A DNA stretch of 64,000 nucleotides from a virus. The stretch spans positions 1 to 64,000 of the IMG/VR virus record IMGVR_UViG_3300030102_005172. One strand, given 5' to 3'. A program made the translations under genes and the position numbers. How positions within the stretch are numbered: the stretch's first letter is position 1; each line of letters opens with the position of its first letter. Of this stretch, positions 38,151-47,580 are shown piece after piece. Below the pieces are notes generated by a model that saw only the letters and a list, made by a program, of their open reading frames with translations, was not told where the DNA came from and did not search any database.

Positions 38151-38666
38151 TTATAGTCCTACGGGTGGAGTATCTTGTGGTGTTTCCAAATCCGTATCGT
38201 CCTTTCGAACTTGTTCTTGTTGTCTTCTTGTTGACCTCGGTGGTATCATATCATAAACACCAAAATCATAATTATATACTGTTACTTGACCTACATTTTT
38301 TTCAATCAGAGTTCTGTATCCGTTTTGTAAGTCTTTGTTTTTTAACTTTGATGTATAAAATTGTTTAGAGTTAACTTCTACTCTTAATTTACTTAAATCT
38401 AATTTTCTAATCTTAGGAGTATTACTTGTTACCTCACTCAAATCTTCTGCAAGTTTAATAAACTTATCTGGTGCACAATCTTTCAAATCTAAACAATGGA
38501 AATAAAGTTTAAAATTAGGTTGTAGAATAAAAACAAACATATCTCTCTGAGTATTGTCTCTTTTCTTGTATCTAATCTTAGCAACCATACCTCTCTCTAA
38601 TTTAGATTTAGAGAGTCTTGTAGGGTCGGTCATATTACTTCTATGTCTACTTGTATAGTCTGGCAT
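38151..38666 (-). CDS. hypothetical protein
   Basis: ORF track. Confidence 0.65.
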   Translation of the reverse strand: MPDYTSRHRSNMTDPTRLSKSKLERGMVAKIRYKKRDNTQRDMFVFILQPNFKLYFHCLDLKDCAPDKFIKLAEDLSEVTSNTPKIRKLDLSKLRVEVNSKQFYTSKLKNKDLQNGYRTLIEKNVGQVTVYNYDFGVYDMIPPRSTRRQQEQVRKDDTDLETPQDTPPVGL

Positions 38667-39946
38667 TATTTCTTCTTAAGTTTAGGTAATTTTAATCCTA
38701 CTTGTTTTGGTCCTTCACCAACTTTATATTGTGTTATTAATTCACCTAATTTTTCTGTCATTTTTTCTTGGGTAAAATTAGTCTTCACAAAATGTCTGTT
38801 TTTTCTTGACAATCCAAGTGCCTTTTTGTAACTATTATATACAGATTTCATAACACTCGAAGCTTGATTGTGGTCAATCTTAAACCACCTTGAACCTTGG
38901 ATAATCCACTTGTTTGTACTTGACGGGTGAACTTCTTCTAAGTTACCACCTACTAAGAAGTTGTATTCTTTATGTAGGAAGTCCATATGACCACTCCATG
39001 CTGATGCGATGATTGGTTTACCACTAACACATGCTTCAAGTAATGGTCTACCAAACCCTTCACCATGGGTAAATGAAACATGGGCTTTAACTTGTGGATG
39101 GTTGTATATAGAATTCATTTCTTCATTTGTAAAATCACCATCTAATATATAAATATTAGGGAAGTTACTACCACCAAGTCTTCTTTTACATCTTTCAATT
39201 ACTTTTTTAATTCTATGAACACTTGAAATTGAAGGTTGTCCATTATTACATTTCAAAATCAATGCAGGTTTAGCTTTACCTCTAAATGATACACCTTTCC
39301 ATGTTTTTAAGAATACTTTTACTAAAGAGTATATATTTTTTCTATCTTGTCCATCTGCACCATGTAACCAATGACCAACAAACAGAAAACAAAATTGTTC
39401 AGGTATTTTTTGAAATACTTTTTTTACATTATCATCAATAGGTTTTTTATGGTCATATACTTTGGAATCATATCCTTCAAACAAAACCTCAACAGGTTTT
39501 TCTATTTTTAGTTCACCTATTTTTTCTTTGGTCTGGTCATTTAATTTATCATAGACTGCACTTAATGTTGCAGCTGAGTGTTTTGATGAAACTAAGTTTA
39601 AGTCCATTCTATTACACCCTTCAATAAAATCTGCAGATGCGTCTGATGTTTCGATAACTGCGGATACACCTATATTAAAATGTCCGACAGGTTGGAACTC
39701 ACTTGGAATGGTTACCATAATCCAAATATCAGGTTTTGTTTCTAATTTAGGGATAAGTCTACTAATCAAGTCTTTATCATCAGGTGTCAATGCATTCATG
39801 GGAGTTGTACCCCATCTTTGACCTAAGAGTTTAATATCCCACTCATCACCTTTTAAATCAATTAAAGACCTTACGAAATCCCTTGCTCTTGCTCCGTAAC
39901 CACTTCTTGTAGCTATCGGACAACTAATTACACATAATTTTTTCAT
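38666..39946 (-). CDS. GT4 glycosyltransferase
   Basis: TRSGYG, DRKN, EGFGRPLLEA..SGKPII. Confidence 0.88.
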   Translation of the reverse strand: MKKLCVISCPIATRSGYGARARDFVRSLIDLKGDEWDIKLLGQRWGTTPMNALTPDDKDLISRLIPKLETKPDIWIMVTIPSEFQPVGHFNIGVSAVIETSDASADFIEGCNRMDLNLVSSKHSAATLSAVYDKLNDQTKEKIGELKIEKPVEVLFEGYDSKVYDHKKPIDDNVKKVFQKIPEQFCFLFVGHWLHGADGQDRKNIYSLVKVFLKTWKGVSFRGKAKPALILKCNNGQPSISSVHRIKKVIERCKRRLGGSNFPNIYILDGDFTNEEMNSIYNHPQVKAHVSFTHGEGFGRPLLEACVSGKPIIASAWSGHMDFLHKEYNFLVGGNLEEVHPSSTNKWIIQGSRWFKIDHNQASSVMKSVYNSYKKALGLSRKNRHFVKTNFTQEKMTEKLGELITQYKVGEGPKQVGLKLPKLKKK

Positions 39947-41346
39947 ACTTTGTAAATATCAAATCTTTGTCTTGGTTTCCAATTTTCAAAACAACCATCG
40001 ATTGCTTCAATAAACTTTTCACCCATTGTTTCTGACGCCATATCACCGGCACCTATAATAAATTCATGTCCTTTCAAACCTGCGGATTCACATCCATCTC
40101 TTCCCTTTTCATACCAAGTACCAATAGCGTTACCAATATCTTTGTATGAACATCTATCATCAAAAATATAAGGAGTTACTGGTGACCCTTGTAGTGAACG
40201 ATTTGATGGCCATATTGGTTCAACCCACTCACCCCAAGTTAAGTCTTTTATCATTGGATTATCTTTGTCATGTAGTGACCCAATATCAATGTAATCATCT
40301 GCATTTAAAAATTTACCATTTCTTTTAAATCCACATTGGTCTTGTAGTCCACCTGTAACATTTATTACGACAGGAGTTCCTGCTCTTAGTGCTTCACAAG
40401 AACCTAATCCAAACCCTTCATTAGATGCGACATTTAAAACTACATCACAAGAGTTATAGAATAAATTTAATCCTTCGGTACTTAACTTATCTTCACTAAA
40501 CTTAACATGACCATGTTTTACATTCATTCTAACGACTTCTGGAATATCTGTACCATTTTCGTCAATAGGATTTGTGTGCATGAATAAACACATTTTTTTA
40601 TCAGGATATTTTTCTGCAAACTTTTCAAATCCAAGAACAACATCACCTGGTACTTTTCTACGAATGTTTCTATTACACCAACCTACTACAAAGTCATAAT
40701 CATTTAATCCTTTTTCTCCTTTGTACTTAATCAATGCACTATCTGTAAGTTCTAATGGTTTGAATAAGTTAGTTACCCCATGTGGAATATACTTGAAAGA
40801 CCAATCTTCTCTGTCTTCACCATACCAATCCATTACTCTTTTATTGATACCATAAGTTTGTTTGGATATACCTAATAGTAAATCACAACTTGCGTAAAAT
40901 GGTGCATTCCAATGAGGGTCAGGTAATGAGTCCCAAATATTGTAATACATTATAGGACATATTTGTCTAACTTCATTTTCCATATCATACAACCATCCCC
41001 AAAATCTTGGGTCTGTAAAGTGTAAGATTGCGTCTGGCTTTTCTACATTAAGTAGTTCTCTTAAGACTTCAGGATTACCATAACTTGTATGACAATATAT
41101 TTTTACAGATGCGTCTTCTACGCCTGTTAACTTTCTTACATCATCATCTAATATAAATTGTTTACCATGTTCAGGGTGTTTTAGTGCTGCACCTAACTGA
41201 ACCCAATCGTATTTATGAACAGTAGACAATACAATCTCTTTTGATTGTGTTGCAATTCCACTATGTAATCTTAAGTCGTCTGAAAGTAAAAGTATCTTGG
41301 GTTTTTTTGTCCCAGCCTTTTTTAATTTTGGTAGTTCTATACTCAT
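39943..41346 (-). CDS. GT4 glycosyltransferase
   Basis: IPHG, NRNIRRK, NEGFGL...EA..AGTP. Confidence 0.88.
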   Translation of the reverse strand: MSIELPKLKKAGTKKPKILLLSDDLRLHSGIATQSKEIVLSTVHKYDWVQLGAALKHPEHGKQFILDDDVRKLTGVEDASVKIYCHTSYGNPEVLRELLNVEKPDAILHFTDPRFWGWLYDMENEVRQICPIMYYNIWDSLPDPHWNAPFYASCDLLLGISKQTYGINKRVMDWYGEDREDWSFKYIPHGVTNLFKPLELTDSALIKYKGEKGLNDYDFVVGWCNRNIRRKVPGDVVLGFEKFAEKYPDKKMCLFMHTNPIDENGTDIPEVVRMNVKHGHVKFSEDKLSTEGLNLFYNSCDVVLNVASNEGFGLGSCEALRAGTPVVINVTGGLQDQCGFKRNGKFLNADDYIDIGSLHDKDNPMIKDLTWGEWVEPIWPSNRSLQGSPVTPYIFDDRCSYKDIGNAIGTWYEKGRDGCESAGLKGHEFIIGAGDMASETMGEKFIEAIDGCFENWKPRQRFDIYKV

Positions 41347-41395
41347 TCTATAACTTCTTCTTTTTATTTAACTATAAATATACAAAAAATATTTA

Positions 41396-41740
41396 TTAAA
41401 TCCTATTATATTCATCAGAAATTCTAACAATATCATCTTCACCGAAATATGTGCCAGTTTGAACTTCTATGAACTCAACAACCTCATCAGTTTCGTTCCA
41501 TGCTCTATGCTTTGCACCTTTGGGTATTCTGATGGATTCACCATATTCTCTAAATACTTTTTCATCATCTAAAACTATTGTTAGATTTCCTTTCGTAACA
41601 ATCCAACATTCTTGTCTTAGAAGATGATATTGATACGATAATTTTTGTCCTGGATTTACTGTAATCCTTTTTACTTTTGTTGTTGGGTCATCTAATAGTA
41701 CCTCGTACTTTCCCCATGGTCTTTCATCTATTTCATTCAT
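41396..41740 (-). CDS. cupin, mannose-6-phosphate isomerase type II C-terminal-like
   Basis: RPWG.Y, LSYQYH..R.E.W, HR..N, IEVQTG.YFGEDDIVR. Confidence 0.9.
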   Translation of the reverse strand: MNEIDERPWGKYEVLLDDPTTKVKRITVNPGQKLSYQYHLLRQECWIVTKGNLTIVLDDEKVFREYGESIRIPKGAKHRAWNETDEVVEFIEVQTGTYFGEDDIVRISDEYNRI

Positions 41741-42132
41741 TGTACAAAACTTGCCTTCTTTTTCCATCTATTTAACAATCTGTTAAAGTGGTTAAATTCT
41801 TTTCTTGTTATTTCACCGAAGTAAACTATCTTGTCTGAATTATGTACAATACAATCATATTGATGAAGTGGTTGTGTTGGATGATATGGTTTGTCATAAT
41901 ACTCATCTTCCATTCCACTATATAATGTTCTTGATGTATGTGCAGGATTAAACTCAATATACTTTAGATTCATTTCTAATGCATATTTACGAACCCATTT
42001 TTCTACACCATTCTTTTTTCCTCTTGTGATAATTGTTAAATCCTCACCAAACTTTTCTTTTAATTTAAAAATGGTCTCTTTTAATTCACCTCTATTTTCG
42101 TATTTTTCATCCCCTATCAGAGCTATCTTCAT
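41737..42132 (-). CDS. SLOG/YspA-like protein
   Basis: MKIALIG...Y.N, IITRG..NGVE. Confidence 0.5.
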   Translation of the reverse strand: MKIALIGDEKYENRGELKETIFKLKEKFGEDLTIITRGKKNGVEKWVRKYALEMNLKYIEFNPAHTSRTLYSGMEDEYYDKPYHPTQPLHQYDCIVHNSDKIVYFGEITRKEFNHFNRLLNRWKKKASFVQ

Positions 42133-42616
42133 TTTTATTAAGTGTGTTTTGTACCTTTTTCCAATACCTTTTAGTTTGTTTTTTCTGTAATCCCTTCGGA
42201 CCACCATTCCAACACCTTGCGATTTCTTCATATGAACTATCTTTGTGATAATAATCTACAAAAACATAAAACATCTCAATAGACTTTTTTTCATTCCATC
42301 TGTCGTCAAGTGTATAAAATCTATCGTCTTTTTTTATGTTTAGTATTCTGTTTACTTCGTTTACCATAATGGGTCTAATCTGTAAAACTCCTGCTGCGTC
42401 TTCTCTTTTTGCAAACGCTTTTGGGTTTCCTTTTGATTCTACCCACACCATCGCCTCTATCAAATCTTCTAAATCTCTGACAATGGGTTTTATTTCATTT
42501 TTGTGTTCAATTTTTATTTGTTCAATTGGTAATCTTTCTATTTCATATAACTTTTGTTCGGGTGAGTTTACCGAAGTACACAACAACCCTATCAGCATTA
42601 TTGAAAAATTTCTCAT
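42107..42616 (-). CDS. lysozyme-like transglycosylase
   Basis: A...VES.GN..A, G.LQI, ARCWNGGP.G. Confidence 0.8.
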   Translation of the reverse strand: MRNFSIMLIGLLCTSVNSPEQKLYEIERLPIEQIKIEHKNEIKPIVRDLEDLIEAMVWVESKGNPKAFAKREDAAGVLQIRPIMVNEVNRILNIKKDDRFYTLDDRWNEKKSIEMFYVFVDYYHKDSSYEEIARCWNGGPKGLQKKQTKRYWKKVQNTLNKNEDSSDRG

Positions 42617-43563
42617 ATATTCCTTATTCGTTCAACTTTGGGACACAACTCCGATGTCTTAAAAGGACACCACTTACAATTCTTATTATTTTTACCTGCC
42701 ATCGCAGGAAAGTCCCCTTCTGAATTGTAAGAACCATCATCATTGAAAGCCACATCAATAAATTCATCAAAACTTTTTACAATCTTATTTAATGTTGGTT
42801 TTCCATGTGCTGGTACAAATTCTTGTACTCTTTGTTGAGCAAACATGGCCTCTTCCCATAGTTTCCTCTTTACTATAAAGTATCTAACTTGTATCTTTTC
42901 TATCGGATATCCGTATTGTTCTGAGAAAAACTTTTTGTATAAAACCAACTGAGCCGTTTTAGTTTTATCAGCTTTCTGCCACTTGTTCCATCCTCTTGTG
43001 GATGTTTTGATATCCCAAATCTCTATTGTATTATCTGCCAGATTCTCAAATACTAAGTCTAAGAATCCTTTCATCATAATATTTTCGTTTGATTCTGACG
43101 CTGGATAGTATATTGGTAACTCAACACCAACTAATCTCATAGTCCTTGTTGAAAAATACTTTGCTCTATTCTTTCTTAAGAAGTCCAATATCTGAAGACC
43201 ATCATCGTAGAACTCATTCATTTCATCTTTGGTGGTAAACTTAACACCATAGATTGCCATCATCTTTTTGTACTCTTTAGCCATTTCTTCTAAGAGTAAC
43301 TTTTCCAAGTCCATGTCATTTGCTTTTACTGCAGAATCATTATACATGACTTGTAACCATGCTTGAATAGTCTCGTGCATAGCAGTACCAAATACAAGAT
43401 GTATAGATGGGTCAAAGTCTTTGTGACCATCCATATATGTAAGTTTCCATTGTTTAGGACAATTTGCCCACATTGTATATTGTGAGTAAGAAACCTTTAC
43501 ATCATCTTTTCCCTCTTTATGTACGGGAAAATTAAATATATTGGATACCATTGATTTTTTCAT
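42613..43563 (-). CDS. PD-(D/E)XK (RecB/Cas4-like) exonuclease
   Basis: SYS...CP, FGTAMH, GFLDL, DIKT, QL.LY, CKWCPF...C. Confidence 0.85.
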   Translation of the reverse strand: MKKSMVSNIFNFPVHKEGKDDVKVSYSQYTMWANCPKQWKLTYMDGHKDFDPSIHLVFGTAMHETIQAWLQVMYNDSAVKANDMDLEKLLLEEMAKEYKKMMAIYGVKFTTKDEMNEFYDDGLQILDFLRKNRAKYFSTRTMRLVGVELPIYYPASESNENIMMKGFLDLVFENLADNTIEIWDIKTSTRGWNKWQKADKTKTAQLVLYKKFFSEQYGYPIEKIQVRYFIVKRKLWEEAMFAQQRVQEFVPAHGKPTLNKIVKSFDEFIDVAFNDDGSYNSEGDFPAMAGKNNKNCKWCPFKTSELCPKVERIRNI

Positions 43564-43568
43564 CTATA

Positions 43569-43624
43569 TAAAGATAAGAAAAAGATTCGGAACTGCCAAA
43601 TCTTTTATGTTAAATAATTGTTAA
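43569..43624 (-). promoter_or_regulatory. promoter with upstream TTAACA repeat
   Basis: TTTG(43597-43600)-N20-TATCTTTA; TGTTAA at 43608 and 43619. Confidence 0.7.
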
Positions 43625-43628
43625 GTTT

Positions 43629-44039
43629 TTACTTAGCCCACTTCTTTCTTTGGACTATTTGTGCTATGATTCCGTAAACACTCATATCTTCATAGGTATC
43701 TTGAATATTTTCACCAACCTCATCTGGCTGACCTAAAACTACTAATTGTTTTAGTCTTTGGATTTTGTCATTCAGTCTAAACCATAAACCTGTTAGTGAT
43801 ATCTTTATTTCATCATCGGTTTCTAAATTAGTTCCAACTGAAATATTATCAGGTCCATAATTTCTTTGTTTTTTACAGAATGTTTCATACATTTCTTCTT
43901 GAATCTTTTTAAATTCATTTGTAGTATTTGGATACATTCTTTCACAATACTCTATTGCGGTCTCATCTACATTTCTATTCTCTACTCTCTCACCTTGCCA
44001 CTCTACTTTATTTTTTCTATCTTTAATTACTTGAGCCAT
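43629..44039 (-). CDS. DUF1599 / nucleotide-modification-associated domain 1 protein
   Basis: F.KK..NYG..NI, R.NDKI.RL, E...DT..D...YGI. Confidence 0.75.
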   Translation of the reverse strand: MAQVIKDRKNKVEWQGERVENRNVDETAIEYCERMYPNTTNEFKKIQEEMYETFCKKQRNYGPDNISVGTNLETDDEIKISLTGLWFRLNDKIQRLKQLVVLGQPDEVGENIQDTYEDMSVYGIIAQIVQRKKWAK

Positions 44040-44470
44040 TTTTTTACTTCTTTTTTATCTAAACCATATTTTAACAATATTTCTGTAATATCGTCTTTAC
44101 TTAGTATCTCAAGATAATCTCTAACTTCTCTTTGAGATACTTTGTAGTATTTTGCAAGATATTCTAATACATTAGAATTATACTTGTCATCCTTTTTACC
44201 TTTTATATACTTGTCCCAAGTTTTCTTTTTAGGTAAAAAATCAAAGTACATTTTGTAAACATCTCTTGGACTGAGTTGGCCAATAGTAAACTTTTGCAGC
44301 TCGTTTACCAACTCCAATAGTCCCATATTCATTGACAAGAATCTATTTACCATAAATGGTTCAAATGTTTTCTTATCCATAACTGAAAGACTATCCCAAG
44401 AAGTTTTATACTCCTTAAGTCCAGATAGATGTTGAAATAATGTCTTAGCCTTCTTCGTTGATGCCATCAA
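44027..44470 (-). CDS. clamp loader small subunit (gp62-like)
   Basis: PFMVNRFLS..., ..Y..LPKKK...KYIK, LAKYY.VS.RE...YL. Confidence 0.75.
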   Translation of the reverse strand: MMASTKKAKTLFQHLSGLKEYKTSWDSLSVMDKKTFEPFMVNRFLSMNMGLLELVNELQKFTIGQLSPRDVYKMYFDFLPKKKTWDKYIKGKKDDKYNSNVLEYLAKYYKVSQREVRDYLEILSKDDITEILLKYGLDKKEVKKWLK

Positions 44471-44732
44471 TCAATTCTTTTGGTGTAAATTTAGGATGAA
44501 TAGTCCCACAATTGTTACACAATACAACGGGTATAGGTAACATTGAAGCTTGACCTGTTGGTGATTGAACCGCTGGTACTTCTTTATACATTGTTGTTTG
44601 GTCAAAGAATATACCACTACATTTAGGACACTTTACAGTTTCCAATTTTGTAGGGTCAAGTTTTAGTTGAGGTTGTTGTTGTGCTTTTGGTTTACCAAAA
44701 TCAATAACTTTTCCTTTTCCTTTTTTTGCCAT
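44445..44732 (-). CDS. zinc-ribbon protein
   Basis: CPKC...CNNCG. Confidence 0.7.
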   Translation of the reverse strand: MAKKGKGKVIDFGKPKAQQQPQLKLDPTKLETVKCPKCSGIFFDQTTMYKEVPAVQSPTGQASMLPIPVVLCNNCGTIHPKFTPKELIDGINEEG

Positions 44733-44735
44733 AAT

Positions 44736-45656
44736 TTATTTCCCTAATGTCATTAAAATATTTAATATCATAGCCATCACATTGATTTCCTTGTCAACGA
44801 CCATAGAGTCTTTATATTGACCCTCGGCTATATTCAAAATTGTGTGTCCAACTTTACCACTTGCATATGAGTCTACTTCATCATAAAGTGCTCTATACAA
44901 TGGTGTAAAGTCTTTCACTTTAGAGTCTGCAATAATCTGTCTTATTGTGTTGAACTTTGATTTCATTTCACCACTATCTTGTAAAACTTTTATTACATCC
45001 TCTGTATAGTTTGCCTGAATTGTAGATGTAGTATCTATTTTCAACTCACCTTTGACAACTTGTCTTTGTGCTGAGTTCAATACTCTACGAATGTCAGGAT
45101 AACCACTATTGACCAATATTGCCAAGTCTTCCTTTTCAAACTTAACTGATTCCTCGTTTAATATATCAAACAATCTTTTTGCCACTTCTTTTTTAGAAGG
45201 TGGTGTTATTGCGAATGTTTGACAACGAGATTGAATCGGGTCAATAATTTTTTCTACATAGTTACAAGTTAAAATGAACCTTGTAGATTTACTGAAAGTT
45301 TCCATTAGATTACGAAGTGCTGCTTGAGCATTCGGTGTCAAATAGTCTGCTTCATCTAATATAATTACTTTCCACTTTCTGAATCCCATTGATGATGCGA
45401 ATCCACGAATCTTGTCACGAACTGCGTCAACAGAGTTTTCATCAGAAGCGTTGATATACATCAAATCACAATCAATCTGATTAGTGATTATTTTTGCGAG
45501 GGTAGTCTTACCTGTACCTGCGACTCCATAGAGTAACAAGTGTGGTACATCCTCATTCTCAATGTATATCTTTACTTTGTCTAAGATATGTTGATTACCA
45601 ACATACCCATCTAATGTATCGGGTCTATATTTTTCGACCCATAGTGAATTACTCAT
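44736..45656 (-). CDS. clamp loader AAA+ subunit (RFC/gp44-like)
   Basis: WVEKYRP, G.AGTGKT, NASD, LDEAD, SRC. Confidence 0.95.
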   Translation of the reverse strand: MSNSLWVEKYRPDTLDGYVGNQHILDKVKIYIENEDVPHLLLYGVAGTGKTTLAKIITNQIDCDLMYINASDENSVDAVRDKIRGFASSMGFRKWKVIILDEADYLTPNAQAALRNLMETFSKSTRFILTCNYVEKIIDPIQSRCQTFAITPPSKKEVAKRLFDILNEESVKFEKEDLAILVNSGYPDIRRVLNSAQRQVVKGELKIDTTSTIQANYTEDVIKVLQDSGEMKSKFNTIRQIIADSKVKDFTPLYRALYDEVDSYASGKVGHTILNIAEGQYKDSMVVDKEINVMAMILNILMTLGK

Positions 45657-46843
45657 CGACCTACTTCTTTTAAATATGTTTCTTTTGCTTTGTCCCAACT
45701 CATTCCAATAATATCCATGTAATACAATGTATCTGGTTTCAATCTGTTTTCATCATGTAACTTAGTGTATCTTCTTATTGCTTTCTTCTTCCACCATCTG
45801 ATTGTATAATCATCACCTTCTTCAAACTTCTTCTTCATTTTAAGTTGACTTTCATCAATCTCATTTCTAAGAAACTCATTTCCGTTGTCATACATCATTG
45901 CGAAGTAAACACCTCTTTTGAATCCATGTTGATATTGTGTACTTTTGATTCCCAACTCTTTGAAAATCATAGACAATATTCTTTGTTTGATACCAGATAC
46001 AGGTCCTTGGATACCTTCTTTTTGAGTTGTAACTCTTTTATATTCTTCGGATTTATTTTCTTTAATCCATTGGTGCCAGATATCGTAAAATTCATTATCA
46101 GGTTTAGTAGAAACTTTACCTGTTGATTCACCTAATGTTTTGAAGTGTGGGATTCCATTATATTGAGAATGGATTCCATAAAGAGAAGTTGTTCCAACTG
46201 CGATTAGAGTTTGTCCATACTTTTCTTTCCACAAGTCTCTGAATGTCGGTGAGGTTGTTAGTGCTGATACAAGTTTACCACCTAAGAAATTATATCCTAA
46301 TGGTTGTGTTGCGATGATAGATGTTCCAATCGTAGTATGATTTAACTTACCATCTTTAAACTTGTTTTCTTTTTGCCAACCTATGTACTTATCACGAACA
46401 CCTAAAGATGTTACATCAGAACCAAGAGATATTACACCAAGAACTTTACCACTCTTTCGGTCTTTAGCAAATGCTTTTATATTACGACCAGGATTAGCAG
46501 TAAACTCCATTGATGAAATACACTTACGAATATCAGTCCACTTCGCAGTGCCTGATGAATCTGTAATTAACTCTACATAAGGTTCTAACTCTTCAATCTC
46601 TTTGATTGTTAGTTCCTTATTGTAAATGTCAGTAGGAGTCCAAATCATATCAAAAGACTTTGCAAGACTTGGTTTTCTTGCCATAGACTTTGGTAAATCT
46701 GAATTCCATTCTTGCCATTTTTTGTAAAGAGTTTGTTCCTCAACAGGCATGGTAGATAAATACTCCATGTTGTCAATGAATCGTTTTCTCTCTACATCGT
46801 AGTCAAAAACAGGTTTCGCTGGTTCTGTATCCCAAAATTGCAT
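45653..46843 (-). CDS. DUF4338 (Druantia DruA-like) protein
   Basis: PGRN, RDKYIGW, QPLGYNFLGGKL, TTSLYG..SQYN, LGES.G. Confidence 0.75.
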   Translation of the reverse strand: MQFWDTEPAKPVFDYDVERKRFIDNMEYLSTMPVEEQTLYKKWQEWNSDLPKSMARKPSLAKSFDMIWTPTDIYNKELTIKEIEELEPYVELITDSSGTAKWTDIRKCISSMEFTANPGRNIKAFAKDRKSGKVLGVISLGSDVTSLGVRDKYIGWQKENKFKDGKLNHTTIGTSIIATQPLGYNFLGGKLVSALTTSPTFRDLWKEKYGQTLIAVGTTSLYGIHSQYNGIPHFKTLGESTGKVSTKPDNEFYDIWHQWIKENKSEEYKRVTTQKEGIQGPVSGIKQRILSMIFKELGIKSTQYQHGFKRGVYFAMMYDNGNEFLRNEIDESQLKMKKKFEEGDDYTIRWWKKKAIRRYTKLHDENRLKPDTLYYMDIIGMSWDKAKETYLKEVGR

Positions 46844-47538
46844 TACTTAATCTCTACTAAATAATAGTTAGACTTAAATCCATCATTCTCAAATGAGACA
46901 TGAGCTAATCCATTTGGTGAAATCTTCAATGAAGATGATTTTGCACCTTTGTTAGCATTAAGGATTTCTTTTAAGTATTTTGCTGAGAATGAGATTGGTT
47001 CTACATCACCATCACATTCACACTCTACATTAATAGAAATTCTGTTAGAGTTAATCTTTGAGTAACCTAAGATTACTTCACCTTTGTTACTTTTACAACT
47101 AAATGTAAATGTATCTGAATCAGATAATGCACCCTTTGATTTTACAAACTTGTTTACAAAATCATTGTCCATCTTGATTGTAGATGTAAATTCAGGTAAT
47201 TGTTTTAAATCTGGCACAACAGGTATAACAGATAAATCAGCCAACATATAGTTTACTGAAGTTCCCTTATCTGAAAATACAAGTGATGCGTCACCTTCTT
47301 TTACATTGATATCAGAATCTAATACAGTTAGTAATCCTTTTAATTGAGAAGTAGTATAAACACCAAACTCACCACTTGGGAAGTCTTTGTTATCACTACT
47401 TACATTTCCTAATAGGGTCTTATCGTCAGAGATAAATTTGACAGATAACCCTTCTTCTGTTGAATCAATTTTAACTGATTCGACCTCACCACCTAAGTTA
47501 TATCTAGTGATGAAACCTTCAAACGAGCTTTTTTTCAT
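46843..47538 (-). CDS. sliding clamp (gp45/PCNA-like)
   Basis: 231 aa, FG.Y....L, F...YLKEIL..N; lies between PolB and clamp loader. Confidence 0.8.
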   Translation of the reverse strand: MKKSSFEGFITRYNLGGEVESVKIDSTEEGLSVKFISDDKTLLGNVSSDNKDFPSGEFGVYTTSQLKGLLTVLDSDINVKEGDASLVFSDKGTSVNYMLADLSVIPVVPDLKQLPEFTSTIKMDNDFVNKFVKSKGALSDSDTFTFSCKSNKGEVILGYSKINSNRISINVECECDGDVEPISFSAKYLKEILNANKGAKSSSLKISPNGLAHVSFENDGFKSNYYLVEIK

Positions 47539-47580
47539 AATTTACTATTGTTTATTTTAATTAATATACGAAATTTATTT

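Noticed and set aside
45653-46843. Complete Druantia defence system
   Set aside because: No DruE helicase or other dru genes in the window
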